From contig CANGDR010000001.1 of assembly GCA_947452765.1 (NCBI GenBank), positions 194,657-258,656 of the forward strand: a DNA stretch of 64,000 nt. The letters run 5' to 3'. The DNA comes from Actinomycetota bacterium. Lineage in GTDB: Bacteria; Actinomycetota; Actinomycetes; S36-B12; UBA5976. Shown piece after piece: positions 39,185 to 48,234 of the stretch; position 1 is the stretch's first letter, and the number at the start of each line of letters is the position of its first letter. The notes below the pieces were generated by a model, which was not told the DNA's origin, did no database searches, and saw nothing but the letters and a program-made list of their open reading frames with translations. Made by a program: the position numbers and the translations under genes.

Positions 39185-39586
39185 ATGGGTGTCCTGACCG
39201 TTCCAATTCACCTGCGGTGGCGGGATATGGATAGTTTTGGCCACATCAACAACGTTGCCTACCTGGGTTATCTCGAAGACGCACGCATTGCCCTACTCGC
39301 TGATGGTGGTTATTCGCCAGACTTTGCAGGCATGGCTCACATGGTTGTGCGCCATGAAATCGATTACTTACACCAACTTGCATTTCGCCCTGCACCAGTC
39401 GAAGCCGATATCTGGATTGAAAAGTTGGGACAGTCAACTTATGAAATCGGATATCTGATTCGTGATGGCGACATCAAAATTCTGCGTGGAAAAACGGTAA
39501 TGGTCTGCATGAACATGGAATCCAATTTACCGGGTCGCATCCCAGCCGAACTTCGCGCTAAATTCGAAGACTTAATGAACGCTTAG
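39185..39586 (+). CDS. Hotdog-fold acyl-CoA thioesterase (4HBT/YbgC-like)
   Basis: The 133 aa protein has the RWRDMDSFGHINNVAYLGYLEDAR signature. Confidence 0.8.
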   Translation: MGVLTVPIHLRWRDMDSFGHINNVAYLGYLEDARIALLADGGYSPDFAGMAHMVVRHEIDYLHQLAFRPAPVEADIWIEKLGQSTYEIGYLIRDGDIKILRGKTVMVCMNMESNLPGRIPAELRAKFEDLMNA

Positions 39587-40849
39587 TTCTTCGCGTTGCT
39601 TAAGCGTTGGAATCTTCTTTAGCAAGAACAACGAACCTGCAGCCACTAAACATAAGGTGGCAGCGGTATACCAAGCTATTGAATAGTCACCTTTAGACTC
39701 ACGAATCCAGCCCGCAAATGAAGCCGCAATTGCGGCGCCAATCATATGAGCCGCAAAAACCCAACCATAGACCACTCCTGATCTAGCCAGCCCAAAGTAT
39801 TCGCGGCAAAGTTGCACGGTAGGCGGAACTGTTGCGATCCAATCCAGCCCATAAAAAATAATAAAGAAAAGTAGTGGTGGCTTTACGTGTGGACCAAGAA
39901 CTGCGGGAATGGTAAGCAGTGCGAGCCCGCGCATTCCATAAAAGAAAACCAGTAACCACATTGAACTGACTTTGTCGGTCAGCCAACCTGAACCGATCGT
40001 CCCGATTAAATCAAAGATGCCAACGACTGCAAGCAAGGAAGCTGCAGTGGTAGCAGGCATGCCGTGATCATGTGCTGCAGGAATAAAGTGCGTTCCAATT
40101 AAGCCATTGGTAGACCAGCCACACACAAAGAACGTGAATGCGAGAACCCAAAATGCCGGGTGCTTCATCGAGGTAACCAGTACTTCGATTGCACCACGTG
40201 CAGTCGCAGGTGCGGCAGGACCCAATTCCGGTGCCTCAGTTGCGCCATATGGCAATAGGCCAAGGTCTGAAGGGCGATCGCGTAAAAACAAGAAGACAAG
40301 GGGAGACATAACTGCGGCGAAAAGTGCAACCGTAATTGAGGCACTTCGCCAACCATGATTTGTGATCATGAAGGTTAATAGCGGCAGAAAGATCATGGAG
40401 CCAGTTGCATACCCAGCTGAGAAAATTCCAGTAATTAAACCACGTCGTTCCACAAACCACCGGTTTGCAACGGCTGCGCCAAAAACCAGTGCCAAACAAC
40501 CGGTACCAAATCCAACAAATAAACCCCAAAGGACGATTAACTGCCAGCTGGCCGTCATTACGGTTGTTAGTAACAATCCGGATGAGACCAAAAGTAGTGC
40601 CAGCGAAACCACGCGCCGCATGGAAAACCGTTCAATTAAAGTTGCCGCAAATGGTGCAGTTAGTCCGTATATCAAAAGGTTCAACGCAACCGCACTCGAC
40701 GTCAGACTGCGCGACCAACCGAATTCAGTTTCGAGCGGAACCAACATTACGCCAGTAGTTGAGCGGAAAGCGGCGGCCGAAATCAAAGTAAGAAATGTAA
40801 TTAGAACTATCCACCAAGCGCGATGAATGGAGGTTAACCGATTTGGCAT
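39572..40849 (-). CDS. MFS transporter
   Basis: The 425 aa protein has 12 predicted hydrophobic spans. It overlaps the thioesterase gene convergently by 15 nt. Confidence 0.8.
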   Translation of the reverse strand: MPNRLTSIHRAWWIVLITFLTLISAAAFRSTTGVMLVPLETEFGWSRSLTSSAVALNLLIYGLTAPFAATLIERFSMRRVVSLALLLVSSGLLLTTVMTASWQLIVLWGLFVGFGTGCLALVFGAAVANRWFVERRGLITGIFSAGYATGSMIFLPLLTFMITNHGWRSASITVALFAAVMSPLVFLFLRDRPSDLGLLPYGATEAPELGPAAPATARGAIEVLVTSMKHPAFWVLAFTFFVCGWSTNGLIGTHFIPAAHDHGMPATTAASLLAVVGIFDLIGTIGSGWLTDKVSSMWLLVFFYGMRGLALLTIPAVLGPHVKPPLLFFIIFYGLDWIATVPPTVQLCREYFGLARSGVVYGWVFAAHMIGAAIAASFAGWIRESKGDYSIAWYTAATLCLVAAGSLFLLKKIPTLKQREELSVH

Positions 40850-40850
40850 T

Positions 40851-41225
40851 TCAGTCCGTATTTATCAGGCTGTGGGCGGCGGATACAAGGTAAGTCCAAA
40901 GCTGATCCTTGAGATGAGAATCGATTTCAATTTTATCGAGTGAAGCCTTCATGTGCTTAAGCCAACGGTCACGCGCATCTGCATCTACTGCGAACGGGAA
41001 GTGACGCATTCGCAACCGTGGATGACCACGCTCTTTTTGGTAAGTATTCGGTCCGCCCCAGTACTGCTGCAGAAATAAATTCAAGTGGCGCTTGGCATCT
41101 GATAAATCTTCGCCAACATACATCGGCCGAATTACTTCATCAGTTTCGATGCCTTCATAGAATCCATCCACGAGTTTGGTGAAAAACTCTTCGCCACCGA
41201 CGGCATCATAAAAAGTTTGTTCCAC
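40851..41225 (-). CDS. glbO: Group II truncated hemoglobin
   Basis: The 124 aa protein starts FYDAVGGEEFF, with later YWGGPNTY and HPRLRMRHFPF, typical of GlbO. Confidence 0.88.
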   Translation of the reverse strand: MEQTFYDAVGGEEFFTKLVDGFYEGIETDEVIRPMYVGEDLSDAKRHLNLFLQQYWGGPNTYQKERGHPRLRMRHFPFAVDADARDRWLKHMKASLDKIEIDSHLKDQLWTYLVSAAHSLINTD

Positions 41226-41251
41226 TCGCTAATTCTGCCTTATGTTGACAA

Positions 41252-41461
41252 CTATTTAATGGTTTCGAGCCTTTCAGCTGCCGAAACTATGTTTCGAGTC
41301 ATTGACCCAAAGACAAAACCATGGAATGGCCAAACTGACCACCAATACGCATGTCCCGCCAAACCCTTTGGGTGGTAGATCGCCTGCTGGTGATAGACAG
41401 TTTCCCCAGCTTCGTTTTTATCAACGCGAAGTTCCAGCCAGGCTAATCCCGGCATGTGCAT
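41252..41461 (-). pseudogene. Stand-alone C-terminal fragment of a DUF2867-family protein (probable gene remnant)
   Basis: The 69 aa ORF (PGLAWLELRV...YWWSVWPFHGFVFGSMTRNI) matches only the last part of DUF2867 domains as I recall them. It starts 10 nt after the stop of a short mscS-like ORF. Confidence 0.45.
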
Positions 41462-41471
41462 TTCCGGGTAA

Positions 41472-41999
41472 CTATTTTGTCCAATTTGAATTCTGAGTGT
41501 GGTTGGCTACTGTCAAAATTTCGCCATTTCGGATGTACCAAAGCACACCTTCGTTATCTCGAATCCTGGTCGTACGTAAAGCTACTTCGTCGATCACGCC
41601 ATGGGTACTTCCAATGGTTACTAGATCCCCGACTCCATATTGATCTTCAAGAATTAGAAAAATTCCAGAGATGAAATCTTTGACAAGAGTCTGAGCACCA
41701 AAGCCAAGTGCTACACCCACTATGCCGGCTGAGGCCAAAATCGGCCCGACATCGATTCCTACTACGGCCAAAATTGTAATGAGAGCAAGAGTCCAAACGG
41801 TGCCGGTGATTATCGATTTAAGCAGCCTGGTTACGGTCGTGGCTCGAGTGTCACCACGTTCCGCAGAACCTAACGCATGCCTAGTTACGCGCTCGACTGC
41901 GCGGATTAGTACGGCCCGTGAGACTACGGCCACCAGAAGTACGATCAGGATCTCTAGCGGATCGCCGAGAAACCATTGCCACTTATCCGAACTACTCAT
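41472..41999 (-). CDS. MscS-family mechanosensitive channel, short form (C-terminal cytoplasmic domain apparently missing)
   Basis: The 175 aa protein has an MscS pore/beta-domain signature (GFGAQTLVKDFISGIFLILEDQYGVGD, IRNGEILTVAN). It then ends abruptly. Confidence 0.65.
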   Translation of the reverse strand: MSSSDKWQWFLGDPLEILIVLLVAVVSRAVLIRAVERVTRHALGSAERGDTRATTVTRLLKSIITGTVWTLALITILAVVGIDVGPILASAGIVGVALGFGAQTLVKDFISGIFLILEDQYGVGDLVTIGSTHGVIDEVALRTTRIRDNEGVLWYIRNGEILTVANHTQNSNWTK

Positions 42000-42067
42000 A
42001 GTTCTATTGTGGCGTATTCCACTGCGGGGGGAGTGGCAAGCTGAACGGGCTGTCGTAAACTAATGCT

Positions 42068-42388
42068 GTGAATAAGAACTTACGTCGCGTCTGGGCAGCC
42101 ACCGCATCAACCGCTGTTATCTCCGCATTGGCCATCGTTCCTGCCATCGCAACTGGTGGCAAATATGACGATGGGCAGGAAGCTGGCGCCCCATTAGGCA
42201 TGCTAAATGTGATTTTGCTATTTGTAATTTTGCCGCTTGGGGTTGCGTCTATCGTTGCATTACTTACTTTGGCTCCCGGCTGGACAAGTGCAGCTCGCAA
42301 GTCAACGCAAGGTGGGTTTCTAGACGATCCAACTTTAAGCGATCGCCAGATTGAAGCAAAAGTTTCACAACGCGAGATTAGTTACTAA
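42068..42388 (+). CDS. Hypothetical secreted/membrane protein
   Basis: The 106 aa protein has a GTG start, an N-terminal signal-like segment and one central TM helix. I recognise no family. Confidence 0.45.
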   Translation: MNKNLRRVWAATASTAVISALAIVPAIATGGKYDDGQEAGAPLGMLNVILLFVILPLGVASIVALLTLAPGWTSAARKSTQGGFLDDPTLSDRQIEAKVSQREISY

Positions 42389-42397
42389 AACTTAAAT

Positions 42398-42436
42398 TAA
42401 AAGAGGCGAACCGTAACTGGTTCGCCTCTTTTAATT
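42398..42436. terminator. Bidirectional intrinsic terminator (hypothetical gene / pepN)
   Basis: The stem AAGAGGCGAACC / GGTTCGCCTCTT is flanked by A-rich sequence on the 5-prime side and T-rich sequence on the 3-prime side. Confidence 0.65.
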
Positions 42437-42442
42437 TGTTGC

Positions 42443-44983
42443 CTATAGGTCCCTAGCTTGGCAGCGAAGTGAACGTGCCACGTTGTCGCGCAATTCACGA
42501 ATTAGGCGAATTGCCCCAACATCGTGACTGCTGGCAATAAATGCATCAGCCTTAGCAAGAATCTCTGGTGAGCCAAGCAAAGTTGGGAACAGACCCATGG
42601 TTATGGTTTGGGCTGTTTCGTTTGTGCGGGTTTCCCAGATACTTTCCAGAACAGCGAAGTATTTATCAACAAATGGAGTTAGTAATTCACGTTGATCAGG
42701 TTGAGCAAAGCCACCAACAGTTGAATTTAGTAACGCATTGGCAAGTTCATCGTTTTCAACCGCCGCACTCCAAGCCGCTGCCTTTGCTTCTGCAGTTGGA
42801 ATGCCTGATCGAGCAGATGTGGCCTGGCGTTGCCCTCCCGCAGTATTGTCGCGAGCGAGTTCTTCCTCAATTGCAGTTGCTGGAAGTGCTCCAAGTGCAA
42901 CAAGTCGGGCAACAAACGACCAACGCAGATCGGTATCAACAGCAACTCCAGGCGGTGTTCCGGTGCCATCAAGCCAACTCTTCACCAATGAAATGTGCTC
43001 ATCGGTACGCGCTAATGCGGAAATGTTACGCACGAATGCTAATTGGTGATCGCTACCAGGTTCAGTAGTAGATAAGGCTGAGCTAAGAGTCGCAATAAGC
43101 TCATCGCGATTCGCAGCACGCTTAGTTGGATTACCGAACTGTTCGATTGCAGAACGAGCCTGTAACAAAATTTGCTGAACGACACCAATTTCCATCGCGA
43201 GCAAATCAGTTTTGTTAACCATCGAAAGGTAATCACTGGTTGGCATTTCACCATCGCGAGTCATGTCCCAAGCTGCACCCCAAATTAAGGCGCGAGAAAC
43301 ACTATCGGGAATATCCCAAAGGCCCTCAGCCGCAGTTTTCGCTGAATGCTCATCCAACCTAATCTTTGCGAATGTGTAGTCACCATCGTTGAGCAGTAGC
43401 AAATCTGCAACTGGCTTTCCAACAAGTTGCGGAACATCAGTACGGGGACCATCGATATCGATTTCAATTCGTTCGATCCGGTTTATGTACTTACCTTGCC
43501 GCGCGTAGAAGCCGATCCCAATGTGGTGCGGGCGAAGAGTTTGGTCAACACCTTCTGGCGCAACCGGCGGTTCTTGAATTACGGCAACCGACTTGTACAT
43601 TCCATTTTCTACAACTATTTCCGGACGCAAGGTGTTCACGCCTGCGGTCTGAAGCCAGCGCTGTGTCCAATCTTTAAGGTTTCGGCCACTCGCAGTTTCA
43701 AGCTCAACTAGTAGATCCTTTAATTCGGTATTTCCCCAAGCATGCTTCTTGAAATACTCACGAATACCGGCAAAGAAAGCATCCTCGCCGACCCAGGCAA
43801 CTAATTGGCGAAGCGCAGAGGCACCTTTGGCATAAGTAATGCCATCGAAGTTAACTTCAACTGCATCTAAATCGACCATGTCCGCAAAGATTGGGTGAGT
43901 GGTTGGAAGTTGATCTTGACGATAACCCCAAGCTTTCCGCTGGTTTACAAAGTTAGTCCAAGCTTCGGTGTATTGCGTTGCGGATGATGAGGCTTGATGC
44001 GCAGCCCATTCTGCAAAACTTTCGTTCAGCCAAAGGTCATCCCACCAGTTCATCGTCACTAAGTCGCCAAACCACATGTGGGCCATTTCGTGCAGCACAG
44101 TATTTGCGCGCTGTTCGTAGGCTGCGCGCGTTACCTTGGAACGGAATACGTAATCTTCGTGATGCGTTACGCAGCCAGCATTTTCCATAGCACCAGCGTT
44201 GAATTCTGGAACAAATAGTTGATCGTATTTACCAAACGGGTAGCCGTAGTCGAAAGCGTTTTCGAAGTATTCAAAACCTTGCTTGGTAACCGTAAACAAG
44301 TCTTCGGGATCAAGGTACTCAGCAAGGGATTTACGGCAAAACAGACCCATCGGGTAACTTCCGAATTTGCCCGAGTAAACATCGCGCACTTCGTAGTACG
44401 GCCCCGCGATGATTGCAGTGATATAGGGCGACATCACATGTGTTACGCCGAACTCCCAAGTTGCAACACCAGTGGATTTTGGTTTCGGAGTTGGTGTGGC
44501 TGAGTTACTCGTCACGGTCCAGTGATCCGGTGCGTGAACTGTGAATTGGTAAGTGGCCTTCAAATTTGGTTGATCAAAGCAAGCAAATACCCGACGGGCA
44601 TCGGCAATTTCGAACTGCGAGTAGAGGTAGACCTCGTCATCAACTGGGTCAATGAAGCGGTGCAGGCCCTCGCCAGTGTTCATGTACGCGGCATCAGCTA
44701 CGACCGTTAAAACGTTGGTTGACTTGAGATTGTGTAGGGGAATCCGGAATCCGTCGTGTTCGGTTGGAGAGATTGCCTCACCGTTCAATTCGATGGAATG
44801 AACTACTGGCGCGATGAAGTCAATCCAAGTGGAATTGCCCTCGCGCGCGGCAAAATGAACCGTCGTTTTGCTGGCAAACGTAGCCTCTCTGGTACTTAAA
44901 TCCAATTCAATTTCGTAGGATTTTGCAGTGACAACGGCTGAACGTTCGTAGGCTTCTTGGCGCGTGATGTTAGTGCCGGACAC
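42443..44983 (-). CDS. pepN: Aminopeptidase N (M1 family)
   Basis: The 846 aa protein has GAMEN and HEMAHMWFG-x18-E zinc motifs. It starts at GTG behind a GAGGAG RBS. Confidence 0.93.
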   Translation of the reverse strand: MSGTNITRQEAYERSAVVTAKSYEIELDLSTREATFASKTTVHFAAREGNSTWIDFIAPVVHSIELNGEAISPTEHDGFRIPLHNLKSTNVLTVVADAAYMNTGEGLHRFIDPVDDEVYLYSQFEIADARRVFACFDQPNLKATYQFTVHAPDHWTVTSNSATPTPKPKSTGVATWEFGVTHVMSPYITAIIAGPYYEVRDVYSGKFGSYPMGLFCRKSLAEYLDPEDLFTVTKQGFEYFENAFDYGYPFGKYDQLFVPEFNAGAMENAGCVTHHEDYVFRSKVTRAAYEQRANTVLHEMAHMWFGDLVTMNWWDDLWLNESFAEWAAHQASSSATQYTEAWTNFVNQRKAWGYRQDQLPTTHPIFADMVDLDAVEVNFDGITYAKGASALRQLVAWVGEDAFFAGIREYFKKHAWGNTELKDLLVELETASGRNLKDWTQRWLQTAGVNTLRPEIVVENGMYKSVAVIQEPPVAPEGVDQTLRPHHIGIGFYARQGKYINRIERIEIDIDGPRTDVPQLVGKPVADLLLLNDGDYTFAKIRLDEHSAKTAAEGLWDIPDSVSRALIWGAAWDMTRDGEMPTSDYLSMVNKTDLLAMEIGVVQQILLQARSAIEQFGNPTKRAANRDELIATLSSALSTTEPGSDHQLAFVRNISALARTDEHISLVKSWLDGTGTPPGVAVDTDLRWSFVARLVALGALPATAIEEELARDNTAGGQRQATSARSGIPTAEAKAAAWSAAVENDELANALLNSTVGGFAQPDQRELLTPFVDKYFAVLESIWETRTNETAQTITMGLFPTLLGSPEILAKADAFIASSHDVGAIRLIRELRDNVARSLRCQARDL

Positions 44984-45041
44984 GTAAAACTCCTCTAAAT
45001 AATTCCTTTGATGTCTCTATCCTGACACCACTTCTAGGAAA

Positions 45042-45683
45042 GTGCAGAACTGGGTCTACGCTGAATACATGAGCGATGACATTGCAACTGCTGATTTTTG
45101 GTTCGATCCAATTTGCCCGTGGGCTTGGATCGCCTCCCGCTGGATGCTTGAAGTTGAGCAAGTCCGCCCAGTTAAAACCAATTGGCACGTGATGTCGCTT
45201 GCAGTACTAAACGAGGGCCGCGAGATGCCTGATAAATATGTGGACTTGATGAAGCGAGCTTGGGGACCGGTTCGCGTTGTTATTGCGGCTGAACAAAAGC
45301 ATGGTGCCAAAGTTCTTGGACCGCTGTACACAGCGCTAGGCACTCGAATCCATGATCAAGGTCGCGGCGATGATTACTTGCTAGTGATTGCCGAAGCACT
45401 AGCCGAGTGTGGCTTGGAAGCAAACTTGATCGAAGCTGCGTCAATTACTGACCATGATGAGGCTTTGAAGAAGAGCCATCATGAAGGTATGGATCCAGTT
45501 GGGATGGATGTTGGCACACCAGTCATTCATGTTGGCAAGACTGCATTCTTTGGCCCTGTCGTTTCACCAATCCCACGTGGCGAAGCCGCGGGCAAACTCT
45601 GGGATGGCGTTGTTCTAGTTGCTGGCACCGAAGGATTCTTCGAATTGAAGCGAACTCGCACCAGTGACCCAATTTTCGATTAA
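45042..45683 (+). CDS. DsbA-fold thiol oxidoreductase (Rv2466c-like), active site CPWA
   Basis: The protein has a DsbA-like fold with [11 protein letters not shown]. It sits between pepN and rpiB as in mycobacteria. The start is ambiguous (GTG 45042 or ATG 45069). Confidence 0.75.
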   Translation: MQNWVYAEYMSDDIATADFWFDPICPWAWIASRWMLEVEQVRPVKTNWHVMSLAVLNEGREMPDKYVDLMKRAWGPVRVVIAAEQKHGAKVLGPLYTALGTRIHDQGRGDDYLLVIAEALAECGLEANLIEAASITDHDEALKKSHHEGMDPVGMDVGTPVIHVGKTAFFGPVVSPIPRGEAAGKLWDGVVLVAGTEGFFELKRTRTSDPIFD

Positions 45684-45715
45684 ATTCCTAGTAACCAATT
45701 TCAAGGGGGATCTAT

Positions 45716-46162
45716 ATGCGCGTGCACTTAGCAACAGATCATGCTGGTTTGGAATTTAAAGATGAACTAACCACGCATCTGAAATCCAAGGGATACGAAG
45801 TTGTCGACCATGGGGCATATGAATATGACGCCGAGGATGACTACCCAGCTTTTTGTATTGCGGCAGCCGAAGCAGTTGCAGCTGAACCAGGATCACTTGG
45901 TGTGGTTTTTGGTGGCTCTGGAAATGGCGAGCAAATTGCCGCAAACAAAGTTAACGGGATTCGCGCTGCACTTGCTTGGAGTATTGCAACGGCGCAACTT
46001 GCCAAAGAGCACAACAATGCAAATGTAGTTGGCATCGGGGCTCGGCAGCACACGCAGGCTGAAGCATTCGAAATTATTGATGCCTTTTTAGAAACTCCAT
46101 TCAGCGATGCAGCACGTCACATTCGTCGAATCGGTCAGATTGCAGAATATGAAAACCGCTAA
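45716..46162 (+). CDS. rpiB: Ribose-5-phosphate isomerase B
   Basis: The 148 aa protein has RpiB/LacAB family sequence (GSGNGEQIAANK, HNNANVVGIGAR). Confidence 0.9.
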   Translation: MRVHLATDHAGLEFKDELTTHLKSKGYEVVDHGAYEYDAEDDYPAFCIAAAEAVAAEPGSLGVVFGGSGNGEQIAANKVNGIRAALAWSIATAQLAKEHNNANVVGIGARQHTQAEAFEIIDAFLETPFSDAARHIRRIGQIAEYENR

Positions 46163-48106
46163 CTAATGATTGCAGGTGCAAGGTTGGCTTTGGTCGCCGT
46201 TGCATCGCAAACAAGTTGGCCTTGAAGGTGCCACATCCATTGCGGGACTTCGCTTAAAGAATCCAACTGGCTTCAGAATGAATCCCAAGCGCTCAACTGG
46301 CATAACTGGCCAGTCTTCAATTCTTGGAATGTGATTCAGACCAAATACATACCACATCACTACATCTTCATTTTCAAGCGAACGATCAGCTTTGGACCAA
46401 CGCGGCAAGCCGTCGCCACCTTCATGCTGGAATGGGTAATCGCCAGCTGGGTAACGTTCGGCTTCACTATTTTTCGTAACCCAAAGGTGCTTGTACATAA
46501 AGCCAGCACGCTTACCGATAACTGAATTCGGATCCGCAAGCGGCAAACAATTTACGTTTCCTAGAATTTTGAATCCAACTGGTTGACCAACATGATTCTT
46601 CTTGTTGGGATTTACGATCTTCCAGTAACGCGACTTGCCAAGATCAAGTAGGCGAGCGGCCGCGGATTCAGACTTAATTACATCCTGCGTAGTTATGTAA
46701 GCACCGCCGTGCGGATTGTCTGGACCCATAGGAGTGGCGACTGAATCAACTTCGATAACTGTGTTGGTGCCGCCGTCAATATCAAGATCAAGCCGCGCGC
46801 AGAATGTGTGTTGGTGATAAGGCGCCCACAGACCTTCTTCCAATTGAGTAGCGGAAGGATGTGGAACGCCAGGAGCATCCGAAAGCGTTAGCAAGATGCC
46901 AGTTAATTTAGCCTCAAACTCAACGCTGCCGTCTTGGTAGAAGTACCAGTAGTAGCCATATTCGTAATTATTGATCGTGACGATGGAAGAAACCACGAAG
47001 CGACGACCGCGGCGAACTTCCACGTGCCCATCAATATCTACGTGCTTCCAAAGAATTCCGAAATCTTCTTCGTGCATACAAATTGCATTTTTAATTTTGC
47101 GGACATTTCCTTCGGGTGTAACGAGGGCTACGTCGAGGTAAATAATTTCACCAAGACAATCGCAACCAAGCGTTAGCGAGTTGGTGTAATTACCTAAACC
47201 GTATTCACCGGTATCGAATGCATTCTTACGATACGTACCTTGGCTCGGATCACCATAAGGAATAACTAATTCTGCGATAGAAAGCCGATACCCGATTCGA
47301 CGCTCAACTCCGTTGTCATCAAAGCGCACATCATGAATTACTAAACCTTCGCGCTGATCCCAGCCCACTCGGAAATTCCAGCGCTCCCAGTTAACTTTCC
47401 AGCCTTCGACGGAGCAAGACACCCCATCCTTTTGAATGATCTGAAGATCTTTAAGTTCGACCTGACCACCGGTTTGGGAGAGGCGGTAATCACCGGGCGT
47501 CATTGGGATAGGTGTTACTTCACCATCTTCCACACCAACAACTTCACTCGTTTGTAAATCGACAATCGCATAGAGACCATTTATTGGATGGGCATACATG
47601 TTTGATTCCGGAGTTGGCTTAAACCACATCGGCGTCCAAACTAAGCGCCTGCCGTCATTTAAATATTCTGGGATCTGGGCACCGATCGGCCAGGTTTCTA
47701 AATGCACTTGGGTATCTGGATCTGATACACCGCGACGAACTAATGCTTCGCGAATTCTTGGATCAGCTTTCGTGGCTGCCATCGCCGCTTCAGATTCAGT
47801 ACTTAGCACGGGGGACTTAGCACCCTCGATCAAATTCCAGCTGCGCACTTTTCCAGTTGTCGTTATTACACCTTCATAAACTTCTGCAGTCGCTCGATCC
47901 AGAATTGTGATCCGAGCTGCTCGTTCAATTGCGTCTCCGGCCTTCCAGGCAAGCACTTCGGATTTCGGTGGTTCTTGCAGCTGACACATCGCAACTAGGT
48001 GCCGATCGGTTAAATTCCAGGCAGGACGGGCGTGCTCGATTACCAGTGCGAGTTCGGCTGCAGATAACGGGTCAAGGGGATGCTGGAGAGATTTTGAGGC
48101 TGGCAT
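46163..48106 (-). CDS. Copper-containing primary-amine oxidase (topaquinone enzyme)
   Basis: The 647 aa protein has the TPQ precursor consensus TINNYEYG, a copper-ligand HQH in YHQHTF, and a later H in FGLNHIPR. Confidence 0.9.
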   Translation of the reverse strand: MPASKSLQHPLDPLSAAELALVIEHARPAWNLTDRHLVAMCQLQEPPKSEVLAWKAGDAIERAARITILDRATAEVYEGVITTTGKVRSWNLIEGAKSPVLSTESEAAMAATKADPRIREALVRRGVSDPDTQVHLETWPIGAQIPEYLNDGRRLVWTPMWFKPTPESNMYAHPINGLYAIVDLQTSEVVGVEDGEVTPIPMTPGDYRLSQTGGQVELKDLQIIQKDGVSCSVEGWKVNWERWNFRVGWDQREGLVIHDVRFDDNGVERRIGYRLSIAELVIPYGDPSQGTYRKNAFDTGEYGLGNYTNSLTLGCDCLGEIIYLDVALVTPEGNVRKIKNAICMHEEDFGILWKHVDIDGHVEVRRGRRFVVSSIVTINNYEYGYYWYFYQDGSVEFEAKLTGILLTLSDAPGVPHPSATQLEEGLWAPYHQHTFCARLDLDIDGGTNTVIEVDSVATPMGPDNPHGGAYITTQDVIKSESAAARLLDLGKSRYWKIVNPNKKNHVGQPVGFKILGNVNCLPLADPNSVIGKRAGFMYKHLWVTKNSEAERYPAGDYPFQHEGGDGLPRWSKADRSLENEDVVMWYVFGLNHIPRIEDWPVMPVERLGFILKPVGFFKRSPAMDVAPSRPTCLRCNGDQSQPCTCNH

Positions 48107-48234
48107 GCTGAAAGCCTATTAAATTACCCTTTTAATTAAGGCACTTTAGGTAACAATGATCCCAATTTACGTGTATTTGAGGTCGCTAGTCACTAATCTG
48201 ACTTCAAACAGCAAGCAAACTTTCGGGAGCGTAT

